In this document: piece by piece, positions 9,081-18,713 of the stretch
Position numbering within the stretch: position 1 is the first letter of the stretch
How the letters are laid out: each line of letters opens with the position of its first letter
Assembly (NCBI GenBank): GCA_965205865.1
Contig: CBDBHR010000029.1
Coordinates: 224,001-288,000 of the forward strand
DNA from: a bacterium
Lineage (GTDB): Bacteria; SAR324; NAC60-12
Length of the DNA stretch: 64,000 nt
Reading direction: 5' to 3'
Program-made: the position numbers and the translations under genes
The notes under the pieces: model-generated
Databases searched by the model: none
The model's input: the letters and a program-made list of their open reading frames with translations, nothing else
What the model was told of the DNA's origin: nothing

Positions 9081-10874
9081 TTACAATCCCGATTCTTTCA
9101 ACAATGCCGCATATCGTTTGGAATCCTGCAAAAGTCGGGTCGCATGTCTATTGATCAATTCGGCTCTTCGCGTGGGATCTTCAATGGATGCGAGGGCCCC
9201 CCAAATGGCGGCCAGACTTTCGGTGAATTGGCGCATTTTCTCCGCGAATTCCTGCTGGATAAGTCCTTCTGCCAATTTGTGAAATGTGTCGGCAACCTCG
9301 CGCGGCAAAGACACTGTCGTCGTCGCTTGGGGGGTCGCAAAAGAGGATTCTGTTTTCACTCCTGATTGGGCCAATTCTTCTTCCAGGACCACAATTTTTG
9401 CGCGGAGGTAAGTGTATTCCAGATTATCCAAGAGCGCAGTAATGTCCGATGCGGATCTCGTCCCCCCGATCCATGCGCGAAAGTCTCCTGGCGTCCCCGG
9501 AAATGGATTGACGTAGCGAGCGACATCCAATCCGCTTTCATGGTCGCCATTGGGATGGCTGATTCCTTCAAATCCCAGTAATTGTTTCGTTTTCGCGATG
9601 ATTCTGGCATGTATGTCGGGATTCGTGATATCCGGGTCGTTCACTTTTAGCAAAGTGACTGCCGCCCCACGACGGGATTCATCAGAGACTCCCCATTCAA
9701 AGAGAGGATGAGCCGCAACCCATTCATTCACTTTCCGGCGATTTATCATAGAACGTTGGTTCAGATTGCTCACATTCCCGATGCGTTTTTCCATCTGTAA
9801 CAATCCAAAAGTGGTCTCTGCAAAGGCAGTGTTACTGAAAGTGTTGATGATTCCTCCCAACATTCTATCTTGTACGGCATCGTAAATGGGACCCAGTTCC
9901 GTCGTCTGTTTCCCGGAAAGTGGCATTTGGGGATTTTCGGGGACTGCGATTTTAAGATGTCGAGGAATCGCCCAGCCCGGATTTTTCATATTCTGTTCCA
10001 CTAACTGCAAAGCAACAGGGGTGAAGGAGGCAACAAAATAGCCTGGGATCCCTCCCACTGCTTTCTGAAAGGGCATGAAAATACAACACTTGTCCATGAT
10101 CAGTTGTCCCAACTCTTCAGGCCAGGGCATCGCACCCACCATGGATGTTCCGTCTATTACTGCATGATGCTTCTCAGGATTCTGATCAATCCATGCCAAC
10201 AAGTTTCCGATATCCTGGTCCGAGTAAGTGGTCGCTCCGGTGGTTTCATGACCAACTCCCATGAATAATTGAATGCCCTGGAGCTGCAATTGATGGGGAG
10301 TTGGGATCTGGCCTTCTGTTGCGCTGAAATGCAGCCGGTTTTCTTCCCCTCTTGTAGAAAATCGTAGAAGTTCGATCAGCTGCGCCCCCCAGGACTGACG
10401 AAAAAACCCACCCTGTCGGGCAACTGCAGATTCGGGTCTGGGAGTATCCACAAAGATTCGTTGGAGGGAGTTGTCGGGATGGATTAAATGTAAAATGCAA
10501 ATCGTAAAGCCATTGTGCCCTCCTCCCAGTCCAACAGCCATCCGGTTTTGTTTGGGAAATCGAAAATACCGGTGGATTTCCCGCATCATATCCAGCACCA
10601 CTTTATCCCCCGGATAGCCACGATGCATGCCACGATCGAGTTCCCCCTTCGTGATGGGGCCCACGTCCTGTTTACTATCACTGATTTTGCGGTAATTTTT
10701 CTCCAGCCATCTCTGGAACTCGAATCCCTGGAAACGCCGTTCGGCTTCATCGGCCGTCATATCGGTTATGGGACCCACCCCGAAAAAAGGATTCGACGTC
10801 GGGGAAGGAGGACCCGCAGCGGTTGACTTCACTGATGCTTCCAGTAGATTTTTCAACTTTTCAATCCGATCCAT
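9081..10874 (-). CDS. Divergent PLP-dependent class V aminotransferase (SerC-like) with ~100-aa C-terminal extension
   Basis: NPFFGVGP N-terminus, GGG, HETTGAT, VIDGTS and PFQKAVGG (putative PLP Lys), NTFS. At 597 aa it is much longer than typical SerC. Confidence 0.6.
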   Translation of the reverse strand: MDRIEKLKNLLEASVKSTAAGPPSPTSNPFFGVGPITDMTADEAERRFQGFEFQRWLEKNYRKISDSKQDVGPITKGELDRGMHRGYPGDKVVLDMMREIHRYFRFPKQNRMAVGLGGGHNGFTICILHLIHPDNSLQRIFVDTPRPESAVARQGGFFRQSWGAQLIELLRFSTRGEENRLHFSATEGQIPTPHQLQLQGIQLFMGVGHETTGATTYSDQDIGNLLAWIDQNPEKHHAVIDGTSMVGAMPWPEELGQLIMDKCCIFMPFQKAVGGIPGYFVASFTPVALQLVEQNMKNPGWAIPRHLKIAVPENPQMPLSGKQTTELGPIYDAVQDRMLGGIINTFSNTAFAETTFGLLQMEKRIGNVSNLNQRSMINRRKVNEWVAAHPLFEWGVSDESRRGAAVTLLKVNDPDITNPDIHARIIAKTKQLLGFEGISHPNGDHESGLDVARYVNPFPGTPGDFRAWIGGTRSASDITALLDNLEYTYLRAKIVVLEEELAQSGVKTESSFATPQATTTVSLPREVADTFHKLAEGLIQQEFAEKMRQFTESLAAIWGALASIEDPTRRAELINRHATRLLQDSKRYAALLKESGL

Positions 10875-11345
10875 CTTTTATTTTTTTCTCCTGTAAAATG
10901 AAAATTTCCGTTCCTTTTCGCTACTGAAAATACCCAGCCCTTTCAGCATACCGGTTTGCCGGTTTCGAGAATTAGTGATTAACCCGCAAGCGATTTCAAA
11001 TCTTCTTCCAGGGCAACTTGTTGTTCGGTGGTTAGAGCAGTTCCGGTGGAAAGTTGCTCATGTTTACATCGCAGGGCGATGGGAATTCTACCTTCCGTAT
11101 TGCTTACCGGTCCGCACCTCGCTTGCTCCGGTTTTTTAAAAAAAAAGAAGGTTTTTTCGAGACAGTAATAATATGAATGCTGCCCAATAGTAATTTTTAT
11201 ATTGGTATCTTTCAAAAAGATGGATTAAAAATAGTGCCTGCCAAAAAAAAATTCAAGCTTACAATAAGGTCTTTTTTGGCATTTCTTTTGAATTGGAGCG
11301 TTCCTTTGTTTGAAATAATGGGAAATTCAACATAATTGAGCAGTG

Positions 11346-12764
11346 ATGGATCTCTTTGATCATGTAATTGAAACACCTGCTGCCAAGAGAATCCCTTTGG
11401 CAGCTCGTCTGCGTCCGAGGACCTTGAGTGAGTTTGTAGGGCAAAATGCTATCATTGGCCCTGGCCGGCTACTGCGCAGGGCAATTGAAAGTGACCGGCT
11501 TTTTTCCTCCATCATCCTCTGGGGACCTCCGGGCACTGGAAAAACGACCCTGGCTCAGATTATTGCCAATACCACACGCTCTCATTTTCAATTGATCAGC
11601 GCTGTTCTTTCAGGAAAAGCGGATTTGCGGAAAGTGATTGAAGAGGCAGAGGAACAATACAAGTTCCATGCCCTGCGCACGCTCTTGTTTGTCGATGAAG
11701 TACACCGGTGGAACAAAGCCCAGCAAGATGCCCTCCTGCCTCATGTGGAAGAAGGCACGATTACTTTCTTTGGAGCCACCACCGAAAATCCCTACTTTGA
11801 AGTCAATGCCGCCTTGGTTTCCCGTTCCAGAATTTTTCAACTCAATAGTCTCAGTGAGCAGGAAGTGACACAAATTCTTCTGCGCGCACTCTCCGATGCG
11901 GAACGTGGTTATGGGCAAAGAAAGATCCGCATTGAGCAAGAGGCGTTGGAGCATCTGGTCCGGGTTGCCGGAGGAGATGCGCGCAATGCCTTGAATGCGC
12001 TGGAACTGGCAGTCGAATCCACACCAACCCGGCAGAACGGGCTTGTCCATATCGATCTGGAAGTGGCCCAGGAATCCATTCAGCAGCGGGCCTTGCTCTA
12101 CGACAAGGATGGGGATGCGCATTACGACACCATCAGCGCCTTTATTAAATCGATCAGGGGCTCCGACCCGGATGCCGCTTTGTATTGGTTGGCCAAGATG
12201 ATCTATGCCGGAGAAAGCCCCCGTTTTATCTTGCGACGGTTGTTGATCCTTGCCGGGGAGGACGTGGGATTGGCCTCTCCAATGGGTCTGGTGGTTACCA
12301 ATGCGGCGGCTCAAAGTTTCGAATATGTAGGCCTGCCCGAAGGAATTTATCCCATCGTGGAAGCCACTCTTTATCTGGCCACTGCCCCCAAATCCAATAG
12401 TACCGGCGCGTATTTCACCGCCTATGCTCAAATCGAAAAAGAAGGGCGAGTCGGCGTTCCCGATCACTTAAAAGATGCCAACCGGGACGGAAAAGCACTG
12501 GGACATGGAGAAAATTACATTTACCCTCACGACTTCCCACAGCATCATACCGGTCAGCAATACCTACCGGACAAATTGACAGGGACTTATTTCTACAAAC
12601 CAAGCAGTGAAGGACATGAAGACGCCATAAAAAAGCGCCTTCTCCGTTGGCGCAAAGCTCAGGAAAAAGCCCTGGGAATCGCAGAAACCCAAACACTCCC
12701 GGAACTCTCCGACCCCCAAATCAAGGGAATCAAACAAAAAATGTCCAAACAAGAACCGAGATAA
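11346..12764 (+). CDS. rarA: Replication-associated recombination protein A (MgsA family AAA+)
   Basis: PLAARLRP, WGPPGTGKTT, FVDEVHR, GATTENPYF, ISAFIKSIRGSDPDA, APKSN. Confidence 0.95.
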   Translation: MDLFDHVIETPAAKRIPLAARLRPRTLSEFVGQNAIIGPGRLLRRAIESDRLFSSIILWGPPGTGKTTLAQIIANTTRSHFQLISAVLSGKADLRKVIEEAEEQYKFHALRTLLFVDEVHRWNKAQQDALLPHVEEGTITFFGATTENPYFEVNAALVSRSRIFQLNSLSEQEVTQILLRALSDAERGYGQRKIRIEQEALEHLVRVAGGDARNALNALELAVESTPTRQNGLVHIDLEVAQESIQQRALLYDKDGDAHYDTISAFIKSIRGSDPDAALYWLAKMIYAGESPRFILRRLLILAGEDVGLASPMGLVVTNAAAQSFEYVGLPEGIYPIVEATLYLATAPKSNSTGAYFTAYAQIEKEGRVGVPDHLKDANRDGKALGHGENYIYPHDFPQHHTGQQYLPDKLTGTYFYKPSSEGHEDAIKKRLLRWRKAQEKALGIAETQTLPELSDPQIKGIKQKMSKQEPR

Positions 12765-13089
12765 ATAATTGAGAACCTGCTGAAAATAATTTTTTCATCC
12801 AGTTGACCGGGTTTTTTTCTGTTATTTTGAATAATTAATAATTTCAATGATTTGCCATATAAAACCCACTCTGGGATCCGGGAACTACATAACATGACAT
12901 GCCCCTGGATTCGTGGTCAATCCGGAATAGTGGAAAGGATCGTTGCACGAAGCGCTACTTTCAGGAGAGAGATGGAATCCTGTGGGGGATCTTTAGAGAA
13001 ATTGCATTTTTCACTTTGCAGAGCTAAGCCATTGTGGTAAACATTTCTGTAGCCTATTGACTCACTTTAAATGAGAAAGGAAGAAAGAG

Positions 13090-14475
13090 ATGAGATCAAC
13101 TGTTTCGAACAAAGCCTGTTTTGACGAACTGCGAACACTCTTGGACGAACGATTTTCCACCTCTCACAACGTACGGGAATACCATGGAAAAGACGAATCG
13201 TTTCACACGCCCTTTCCTCCGGAGGCTGTGGTTTTTGCCCATTCCAACGAGGAAGTGAGTGAAACAGTGAGAATTTGCCATCGTTATAAAACGCCCGTTA
13301 TCCCTTTTGGAACGGGAACCTCGTTGGAGGGACATGTGGCGGCGTTGCAAGGAGGGGTTTGCATTGATCTTTCAGAAATGAATCAGGTTCTGCAGGTCAA
13401 CAACGAAGACTTGGATTGCCGTGTACAAGCGGGTGTCACACGTAAACAACTCAACCATGCCTTGCGGGACACGGGCTTGTTCTTCCCAGTGGACCCAGGG
13501 GCAGATGCCTCCCTGGGTGGTATGGTTTCCACGCGAGCATCCGGCACCAATGCCGTTCGATATGGAACGATGAGGGAAAATCTCCTCGGCTTGACCGTGG
13601 TTCTGTCGAATGGACAAATCATCCACACCGGTAATCGGGCCCGCAAATCTGCTGCCGGCTACGACCTGACCCATTTATTTTGCGGTTCCGAAGGAACACT
13701 GGGGGTGATCACCGAGATCCAGCTTCGCCTTTATGGTATCCCGGATGCCATCACTTCGGCTGTTTGTTCGTTTCCTTCTTTGGAAGACGCAGTCAATACG
13801 GTCATCCCAACCATACAATTGGGAATCCCAGTAGCGCGTATTGAACTGCTGGATGAGATTCAGATGGACGCGGTCAATCAGTTTTCGGACTTGGATTACC
13901 CCGCGCAACCCACCCTCTTTTTTGAATTTCACGGCACTGAGCAATCTGCCGCGGAGCAGGCCGAGATGGTTGGAGAAATTGCATGTGAACACGGAGGCAG
14001 TGATTTCCGATGGACCCGGAAGCAGGAAGAACGTAACAATCTCTGGCAGGCCCGTCACGATGCCTATTATGCGGCATTGGCCCTCAAACCTGGAGCCAAG
14101 GGATGGACCACTGATGTTTGCGTCCCCATCTCCCGTCTGGCCGAATGTATCCTGGAAACTAAAAAGGATGTGGAAGCCAGCGGACTGCTTGCCCCCTTGG
14201 TCGGACATGTGGGGGATGGAAATTTTCACATGATATTCCTGGTGGAACCCGACTCTGGGACAGAGACGGAGAAAGCCCATTTTCTCAGTCACCGTATGGT
14301 GATGCGAGCGTTAAAAATGGGAGGTACCTGTACAGGCGAGCACGGTATCGGCTACGGCAAGCTCCAATACATGGAGAGTGAACATGGGGACGCGCTTCCA
14401 GTAATGGCAAGCATCAAAAAGGCATTGGATCCCCACAATCTAATGAATCCCGGAAAAATGATTCCTGTTGCGTAA
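13090..14475 (+). CDS. FAD-linked 2-hydroxyacid oxidase/dehydrogenase (D-lactate dehydrogenase/GlcD family)
   Basis: GTGTSLEG, FPVDPGA, GSEGTLG, HVGDGNFH, TGEHGIG, MNPGK. Confidence 0.9.
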   Translation: MRSTVSNKACFDELRTLLDERFSTSHNVREYHGKDESFHTPFPPEAVVFAHSNEEVSETVRICHRYKTPVIPFGTGTSLEGHVAALQGGVCIDLSEMNQVLQVNNEDLDCRVQAGVTRKQLNHALRDTGLFFPVDPGADASLGGMVSTRASGTNAVRYGTMRENLLGLTVVLSNGQIIHTGNRARKSAAGYDLTHLFCGSEGTLGVITEIQLRLYGIPDAITSAVCSFPSLEDAVNTVIPTIQLGIPVARIELLDEIQMDAVNQFSDLDYPAQPTLFFEFHGTEQSAAEQAEMVGEIACEHGGSDFRWTRKQEERNNLWQARHDAYYAALALKPGAKGWTTDVCVPISRLAECILETKKDVEASGLLAPLVGHVGDGNFHMIFLVEPDSGTETEKAHFLSHRMVMRALKMGGTCTGEHGIGYGKLQYMESEHGDALPVMASIKKALDPHNLMNPGKMIPVA

Positions 14476-14541
14476 CGGGATTGAGGGTTCGGAAAAATGC
14501 TGACTTCTTTATTCAACGTAGCTATTCGGGTTTCTTCAAAA

Positions 14542-14875
14542 ACCCCTTCGATTTTGGCACGCATTTTTCGTAGCATAAAATTCAGAAAGGATTTTATGCT
14601 CTCGAAACTCAGATCCGCCCCCGCATTAACCGTTGATTTGCCCGAACGTAAGGTGATTTCCAAGAATGAATTTACCAGGATTGCGCCGGATTTTATTGGA
14701 GTTTCAAGGCATCGCAAAAGGCACATAGCTCGCTATGTAACTGGAGCGATAACACTGAAGATGCAATAAAAGACAAGTCAGATGGTATATTCATTTCAGG
14801 AAATCGCCTTAATGAGTTGCCATATTCTAAATCTAAAAAGGCCTGATAAACATTGGCAGAGGGAGTAATAATCTT
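14542..14875. repeat. 334-bp direct repeat, copy A
   Basis: Aligns ungapped with 16970-17303 (offset 2428), about 9 mismatches by eye. Confidence 0.95.
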
Positions 14876-15166
14876 TATTTCCAAGGTCTGATATTGCTTG
14901 AAAAAAATATTGACCTCTTTATATCGCTGTAATATAAAGATCTTCATTAAATTTAACAGAATACACTCATGAATGAATGAGTCGCCAATTTTAAAAAAAT
15001 TTTGATAAACATTTGCATAGCGATTTTATAATATTTTATTCCAGGGATGAAAGGACAATAATGCGATCCTTCGTATTGCTCAGGATGACATGAAAGTCTG
15101 AAATTAACCTGTTTCAAGTATAAGAGAATCTTGACAATAAGGTAGCTATGAGAGTAAATTCAAAAA

Positions 15167-15285
15167 CTCAATTCTCAATTCTCAATTCTCAATTCTCAAT
15201 TCTCAATTCTCAATTCTCAATTCTCAATTCTCAATTCTCAATTCTCAATTCTCAATTCTCAATTCCCAATTCCCAATTCCCAATT
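15167..15285. repeat. Heptanucleotide tandem repeat (CTCAATT)14(CCCAATT)3
   Basis: Counted directly; degenerate units continue to about 15306. Confidence 0.98.
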
Positions 15286-15351
15286 TCTAAGTTCCCAGTC
15301 CCAAGTTCTATCCCTGGTACACTGTGGCGAAAGTCCGTACACACCCTCTGT

Positions 15352-15413
15352 GTCATTCCCGAGAAGGCGGGAATCCAGGGTATCGAAACGGACCCTGGAT
15401 TCCGGGTCTTCGC
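15352..15413. repeat. GTCATTCCC-type REP-like palindrome, 3' part truncated
   Basis: GTCATTCCCGAGAAGGCGGGAATCCAGGGTATCGAAACGGACCCTGGATTCC; closely related to 19915-20001. Confidence 0.75.
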
Positions 15414-15790
15414 GGGGGACCTTGTACTTTTCCGACTGGAGCGGGGTCCACTACCACGAGGAGAACCTCGAAATCGAGGAGGTCATGGAGACTCCGGAGG
15501 TGGGGCCCGGCGACCTACTGCTGCTGCGCGTCAACACCATCCACGCGACGCAGACGACCGAGGATCGGCGCCTGGCGGTTTCGCTGCGCACCTGCGATCC
15601 GGCGACGCCAATCGACTGGCATCGAGTGGCCGGTAGTCCCACACCCCGTATGATGCAGTATCTCGGCGGCATGAAGGGGAACCCAGCTCCCAACAAGTTG
15701 TTTTTCCCGGTCTTTCAACACACCCGGGAAAACGACTTCGGCATCACTTTGGGTGACATCGTGCCGACACTGACTGGCGAGCGCGAGTAG
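15414..15790 (+). pseudogene. 3' fragment copy of the PhyH-family dioxygenase at 20059-20970
   Basis: Matches 20594-20970 with 5 mismatches in 377 bp. Lacks the N-terminal part with the HQD metal motif. Confidence 0.92.
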
Positions 15791-15811
15791 CCGAAAATCC
15801 GGGGAGCAATC

Positions 15812-15907
15812 ATGTCTACGCAAGATAACGCTAACAAAAACGAGCAACTGGCTGAGGCTTCTCTGAGCTTCCTGGGATTCGGTCTGCCCGTCGAGTTTTA
15901 CAAATGA
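15812..15907 (+). pseudogene. Chimeric mini-ORF: unknown gene start fused to an internal DppC fragment
   Basis: GGAG RBS, then MSTQDNANKNEQL + AEASLSFLGFGLPVE (15851-15895), the DppC motif seen in the full genes here. Confidence 0.75.
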
Positions 15908-16239
15908 ATCTTAAAATCTTGATAGGTAATGGGGGTTCTTTTCAGGATTGCATGGCGTTCTTCATGGGTCAAAATCCCTGTAAAGGGACTGGAGGAACGA
16001 AGATGCATCGAGTTTTCATCAGTCCCTACCAAAATTGCCATGATCTTTTGACGAGGCTCAGAGTTTAAAAGGGTTTCCCATTCCAAGAGAGGGAGCGAAA
16101 GTTCCCCATTTCTGGCTACTTTCCACCGTTTAAGGTTTTTTAACGGAATCTGCCAAAGGCGACGATCGTTTTCCAATTTTTTGACAATCGCTTTCCCAAA
16201 TTCGATCGACCGTTGATTTAATTGTTCTTGGGCATTCAT
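15898..16239 (-). CDS. Hypothetical protein, probable partner (antitoxin-like) of the upstream nucleotidyltransferase
   Basis: NLKRW...EWETLL...LRSSSPFTGILTHEER motif; starts 9 bp after the stop of the upstream gene. Confidence 0.6.
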   Translation of the reverse strand: MNAQEQLNQRSIEFGKAIVKKLENDRRLWQIPLKNLKRWKVARNGELSLPLLEWETLLNSEPRQKIMAILVGTDENSMHLRSSSPFTGILTHEERHAILKRTPITYQDFKIHL

Positions 16240-16248
16240 CAGACAAAC

Positions 16249-16851
16249 CTAACTCGACTTTGAATTCCTGGAAAATCCCTGGTCAATTCTATCTTTAAGA
16301 ATAGTTCGTAACATTTCGGAAATTTCTTTAAATTCTATCATATTCCATCTTGCTAAAAGCGTCTCTTGATTGATCAATTCCGCCTTAATCATGGCTCTAA
16401 AAAAATTCAGATCTTTTTCTCTTCCGGCAGTCAGTTTCGCAATCATCAAATCATGAATTTCCAGACAGTAAGCAGTGATGCCTTTCGTGTTTGCGTTGCA
16501 TACCTTAATCAACCGTTTGTCCCAATCTTTTGGTAAAGTGGCAGTCGTGATATCTACACCATCGGCAAAATAGCCAAAGGTATCATGAAAGTCCGACATT
16601 TCCCCAATGGTGCCATTCACCAGATTGGTTTTTTGTGTATCGTTGGGGATAAAAAGATCGACTTCCATCGATCCCACTACCGCTGTGACATCAGCAGTAT
16701 CTAAGTTGTGAGATAATTCAAGTTGTTTCAGTTTTTTCTCAATATTCGGGAATTGCGCATGAATGGCTTGAGTGCCAATCACGATAATCTCTTCAACATC
16801 AGCAATTTCACCTGCTGCCCGTATAATATGTTCGAACTCATCCTTTTTCAT
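16249..16851 (-). CDS. Putative nucleotidyltransferase (DUF6036-like, Pol-beta superfamily)
   Basis: IIVIGTQAI (GS/GT motif), SMEVDL acidic pair, GEMSDFHDTFGYFADGV, DLMIAKLTAGREKD. Confidence 0.7.
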   Translation of the reverse strand: MKKDEFEHIIRAAGEIADVEEIIVIGTQAIHAQFPNIEKKLKQLELSHNLDTADVTAVVGSMEVDLFIPNDTQKTNLVNGTIGEMSDFHDTFGYFADGVDITTATLPKDWDKRLIKVCNANTKGITAYCLEIHDLMIAKLTAGREKDLNFFRAMIKAELINQETLLARWNMIEFKEISEMLRTILKDRIDQGFSRNSKSS

Positions 16852-16969
16852 TCACTCTTTCAGACAGTGTTACCGTTTCAATCCCTCTGCATAAATTCTC
16901 ACTTTTTGTATAAACAATACTTGTTTTACTGCTGAGAGACAAGAGTCAACTGACCATTAGAAAAAAAAG

Positions 16970-17303
16970 ACCCCTTCGATTTTGGCACGCATTTTTCGTA
17001 GCATAAAATCCAGAAAAGATTTTATGCTCTCGAAACTCAGATCCGCCCCCGCATTAACCGTTGATTTGCCCGAACGTAAGGTGCTTTCCAAGAATGAATT
17101 TACCAGGATTGCGCCGGATTTTATTGGAGCTTCAAGGCATCGCGAAGGGCGCATAGCTCGCTATGTAACTGGAGCGATAACACTGAAGATGCAATAAAAG
17201 ACAAGTTAGATGGTATATTCATTTCAGGAAATCGCCTTAATGAGTTGCCATATTCTAAATCTAAAAAGGCATGATAAACATTGGCAGAGGGAGTAATAAT
17301 CTT
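16970..17303. repeat. 334-bp direct repeat, copy B
   Basis: See copy A; ends at an ATCTT junction into a dppB fragment. Confidence 0.95.
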
Positions 17304-17472
17304 CTTCAACCTGCCGGGGATAGGCCGTCTGCTGTTGGATGCCCTCCTCGACCGAGATTACCCCATGGTCTCCGGCATCAACCTGGTCTTTGCCTCCGGC
17401 GTGTTGGCCATCAACCTGTTCGTGGATCTGCTCTATGGGTTCCTCGACCCGAGAGTACGCCACCGGGAGTGA
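17301..17472 (+). pseudogene. C-terminal remnant of a DppB-like permease
   Basis: FNLPGIGRLLLDALLDRDYPMVSGINL...YGFLDPRVRHRE; about 80% of the gene is missing at the 5' end. Confidence 0.9.
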
Positions 17473-17474
17473 GC

Positions 17475-18380
17475 ATGCTGCTGAAGAGACTAATCAGGGA
17501 GCATCCGTTGGGTACTGTCGGGGCCGCCATAATCCTGGTGTTGATCCTGGTGAGTATCTTTGCCGATTCTCTGGCGCCCTTTCGCTACGGCGAGATGAAC
17601 CTGGACAATCGCCTCGCCGATCCGTCGAACCAACATCCACTCGGCACCGACCAGCTGGGACGCGACTTCCTGAGCCGCCTGATCCACGGGGCTCGCATCT
17701 CGCTCTTCGTCGGGCTGACGGCGACCACCTTGCATGTGCTGGTCGCGGCGCTGATCGGCGGCAGCGCCGGGTTTCTTGGTGGAAGATTCGATCTGGTGGC
17801 GCAGCGCTTCGTCGATGCGTGGATGGCGATGCCGGGGCTGCTGTTGTTGCTGACGATCATGTCGCTGACAGGCCCTGGCTTAGCGCAGATCATTCTTGTT
17901 CTCGGCATCTCCTCCGGCATCACCAATTCCAGGGTGGTGCGCAGTGCCGTCATCGCCATCAAGGAGAACGACTACTTCCAGGCAGCCCGGGCGGTTGGAG
18001 CCAGCAAGAGCCGGATCTTCTTCCGTCATGTGCTGCCCAATATTATGCCGCCGATCATCATTATCTTCTCGATCACGCTCGGCGCCATCATCGTGGCAGA
18101 GGCCTCGCTGAGCTTCCTCGGATTCGGTCTGCCCCCTGACGTGCCCAGCTGGGGCGGGATGCTCAGCCGGGAGGGACGCCAGTACATGACGATTGCGCCG
18201 CGCCTGGCATTATGGCCGGGTTTGTGCCTGACAATTGTCGTCTACTCCCTCAACATGTTTGGCGATGCCCTCAGGGATCTGCTCGACCCCAGGCTCAGGG
18301 GTGGAGAGGGCAGTTACGGCACTGCAAAGAGGAAACGAAAAAGAGGCCTTCTCGCAAGACTGATCAACCCTTTCCATTAG
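17475..18380 (+). CDS. Peptide/nickel ABC transporter permease (DppC/OppC-like)
   Basis: HPLGTDQLGRD, HVLPN, AEASLSFLGFG, GDALRDLLDPR. Start at ATG 17475 or GTG 17469; the longer track ORF overlaps the dppB remnant. Confidence 0.9.
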   Translation: MLLKRLIREHPLGTVGAAIILVLILVSIFADSLAPFRYGEMNLDNRLADPSNQHPLGTDQLGRDFLSRLIHGARISLFVGLTATTLHVLVAALIGGSAGFLGGRFDLVAQRFVDAWMAMPGLLLLLTIMSLTGPGLAQIILVLGISSGITNSRVVRSAVIAIKENDYFQAARAVGASKSRIFFRHVLPNIMPPIIIIFSITLGAIIVAEASLSFLGFGLPPDVPSWGGMLSREGRQYMTIAPRLALWPGLCLTIVVYSLNMFGDALRDLLDPRLRGGEGSYGTAKRKRKRGLLARLINPFH

Positions 18381-18385
18381 GAGGG

Positions 18386-18713
18386 CTCCCGATTGTTTTA
18401 CCGATAACACTTTTTTCAAGGTCCCAAAAAATGGACCGCCGCCCTCCACTTTCATGACTTTCTCAATGTTCCCGAGGCCCTCAAACCCTATGTCCCTTCC
18501 TTTGAATATCACCTGGTGGATTTATCAGGCATGAGTGATGATCAAATCAAAGAATCCTTGTTTTTGAGAGTGTTTTTAATGATCATGAAACACATCGACT
18601 CACCGAAACTTTCCCATCTTTTAGCCACTGTCATCTGGCCTCTGTTTGAAAAACTATTTGAAGAAGGTAGTGGTTTGAGGTATCTTGAGGATGTGCTCTA
18701 TTATTTATTCAAA
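18386..18713 (+). pseudogene. Rpn/YhgA-like (recombination-promoting nuclease/putative transposase) internal fragment
   Basis: LPIVLPITLF / (frameshift in T run) QGPKKWTAALHFHDFLNVPEALKPYVPSFEYHLVDLSGMSDDQI...IMKHI...LYYLF. Confidence 0.75.

Noticed and set aside
10979-11215. 78-aa ORF
   Set aside because: The C-terminus looks protein-like but I cannot assign it; the TTG start and homopolymer runs suggest a fragment or spurious ORF.
11610-12467. 285-aa minus-strand ORF
   Set aside because: Antisense shadow of rarA.
14497-14947. ORFs 14497-14769, 14693-14947 and their copies at 16982-17309 as real genes (possible PIN fragment)
   Set aside because: No convincing motif; their recurrence is explained by the DNA repeat.
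15167-15285. CRISPR array
   Set aside because: Contiguous 7-mers with no spacers and no cas genes.
15148-15636. 162-aa SILNSQF-repeat protein
   Set aside because: Translation of the heptamer tract, a REP and an off-frame dioxygenase copy.
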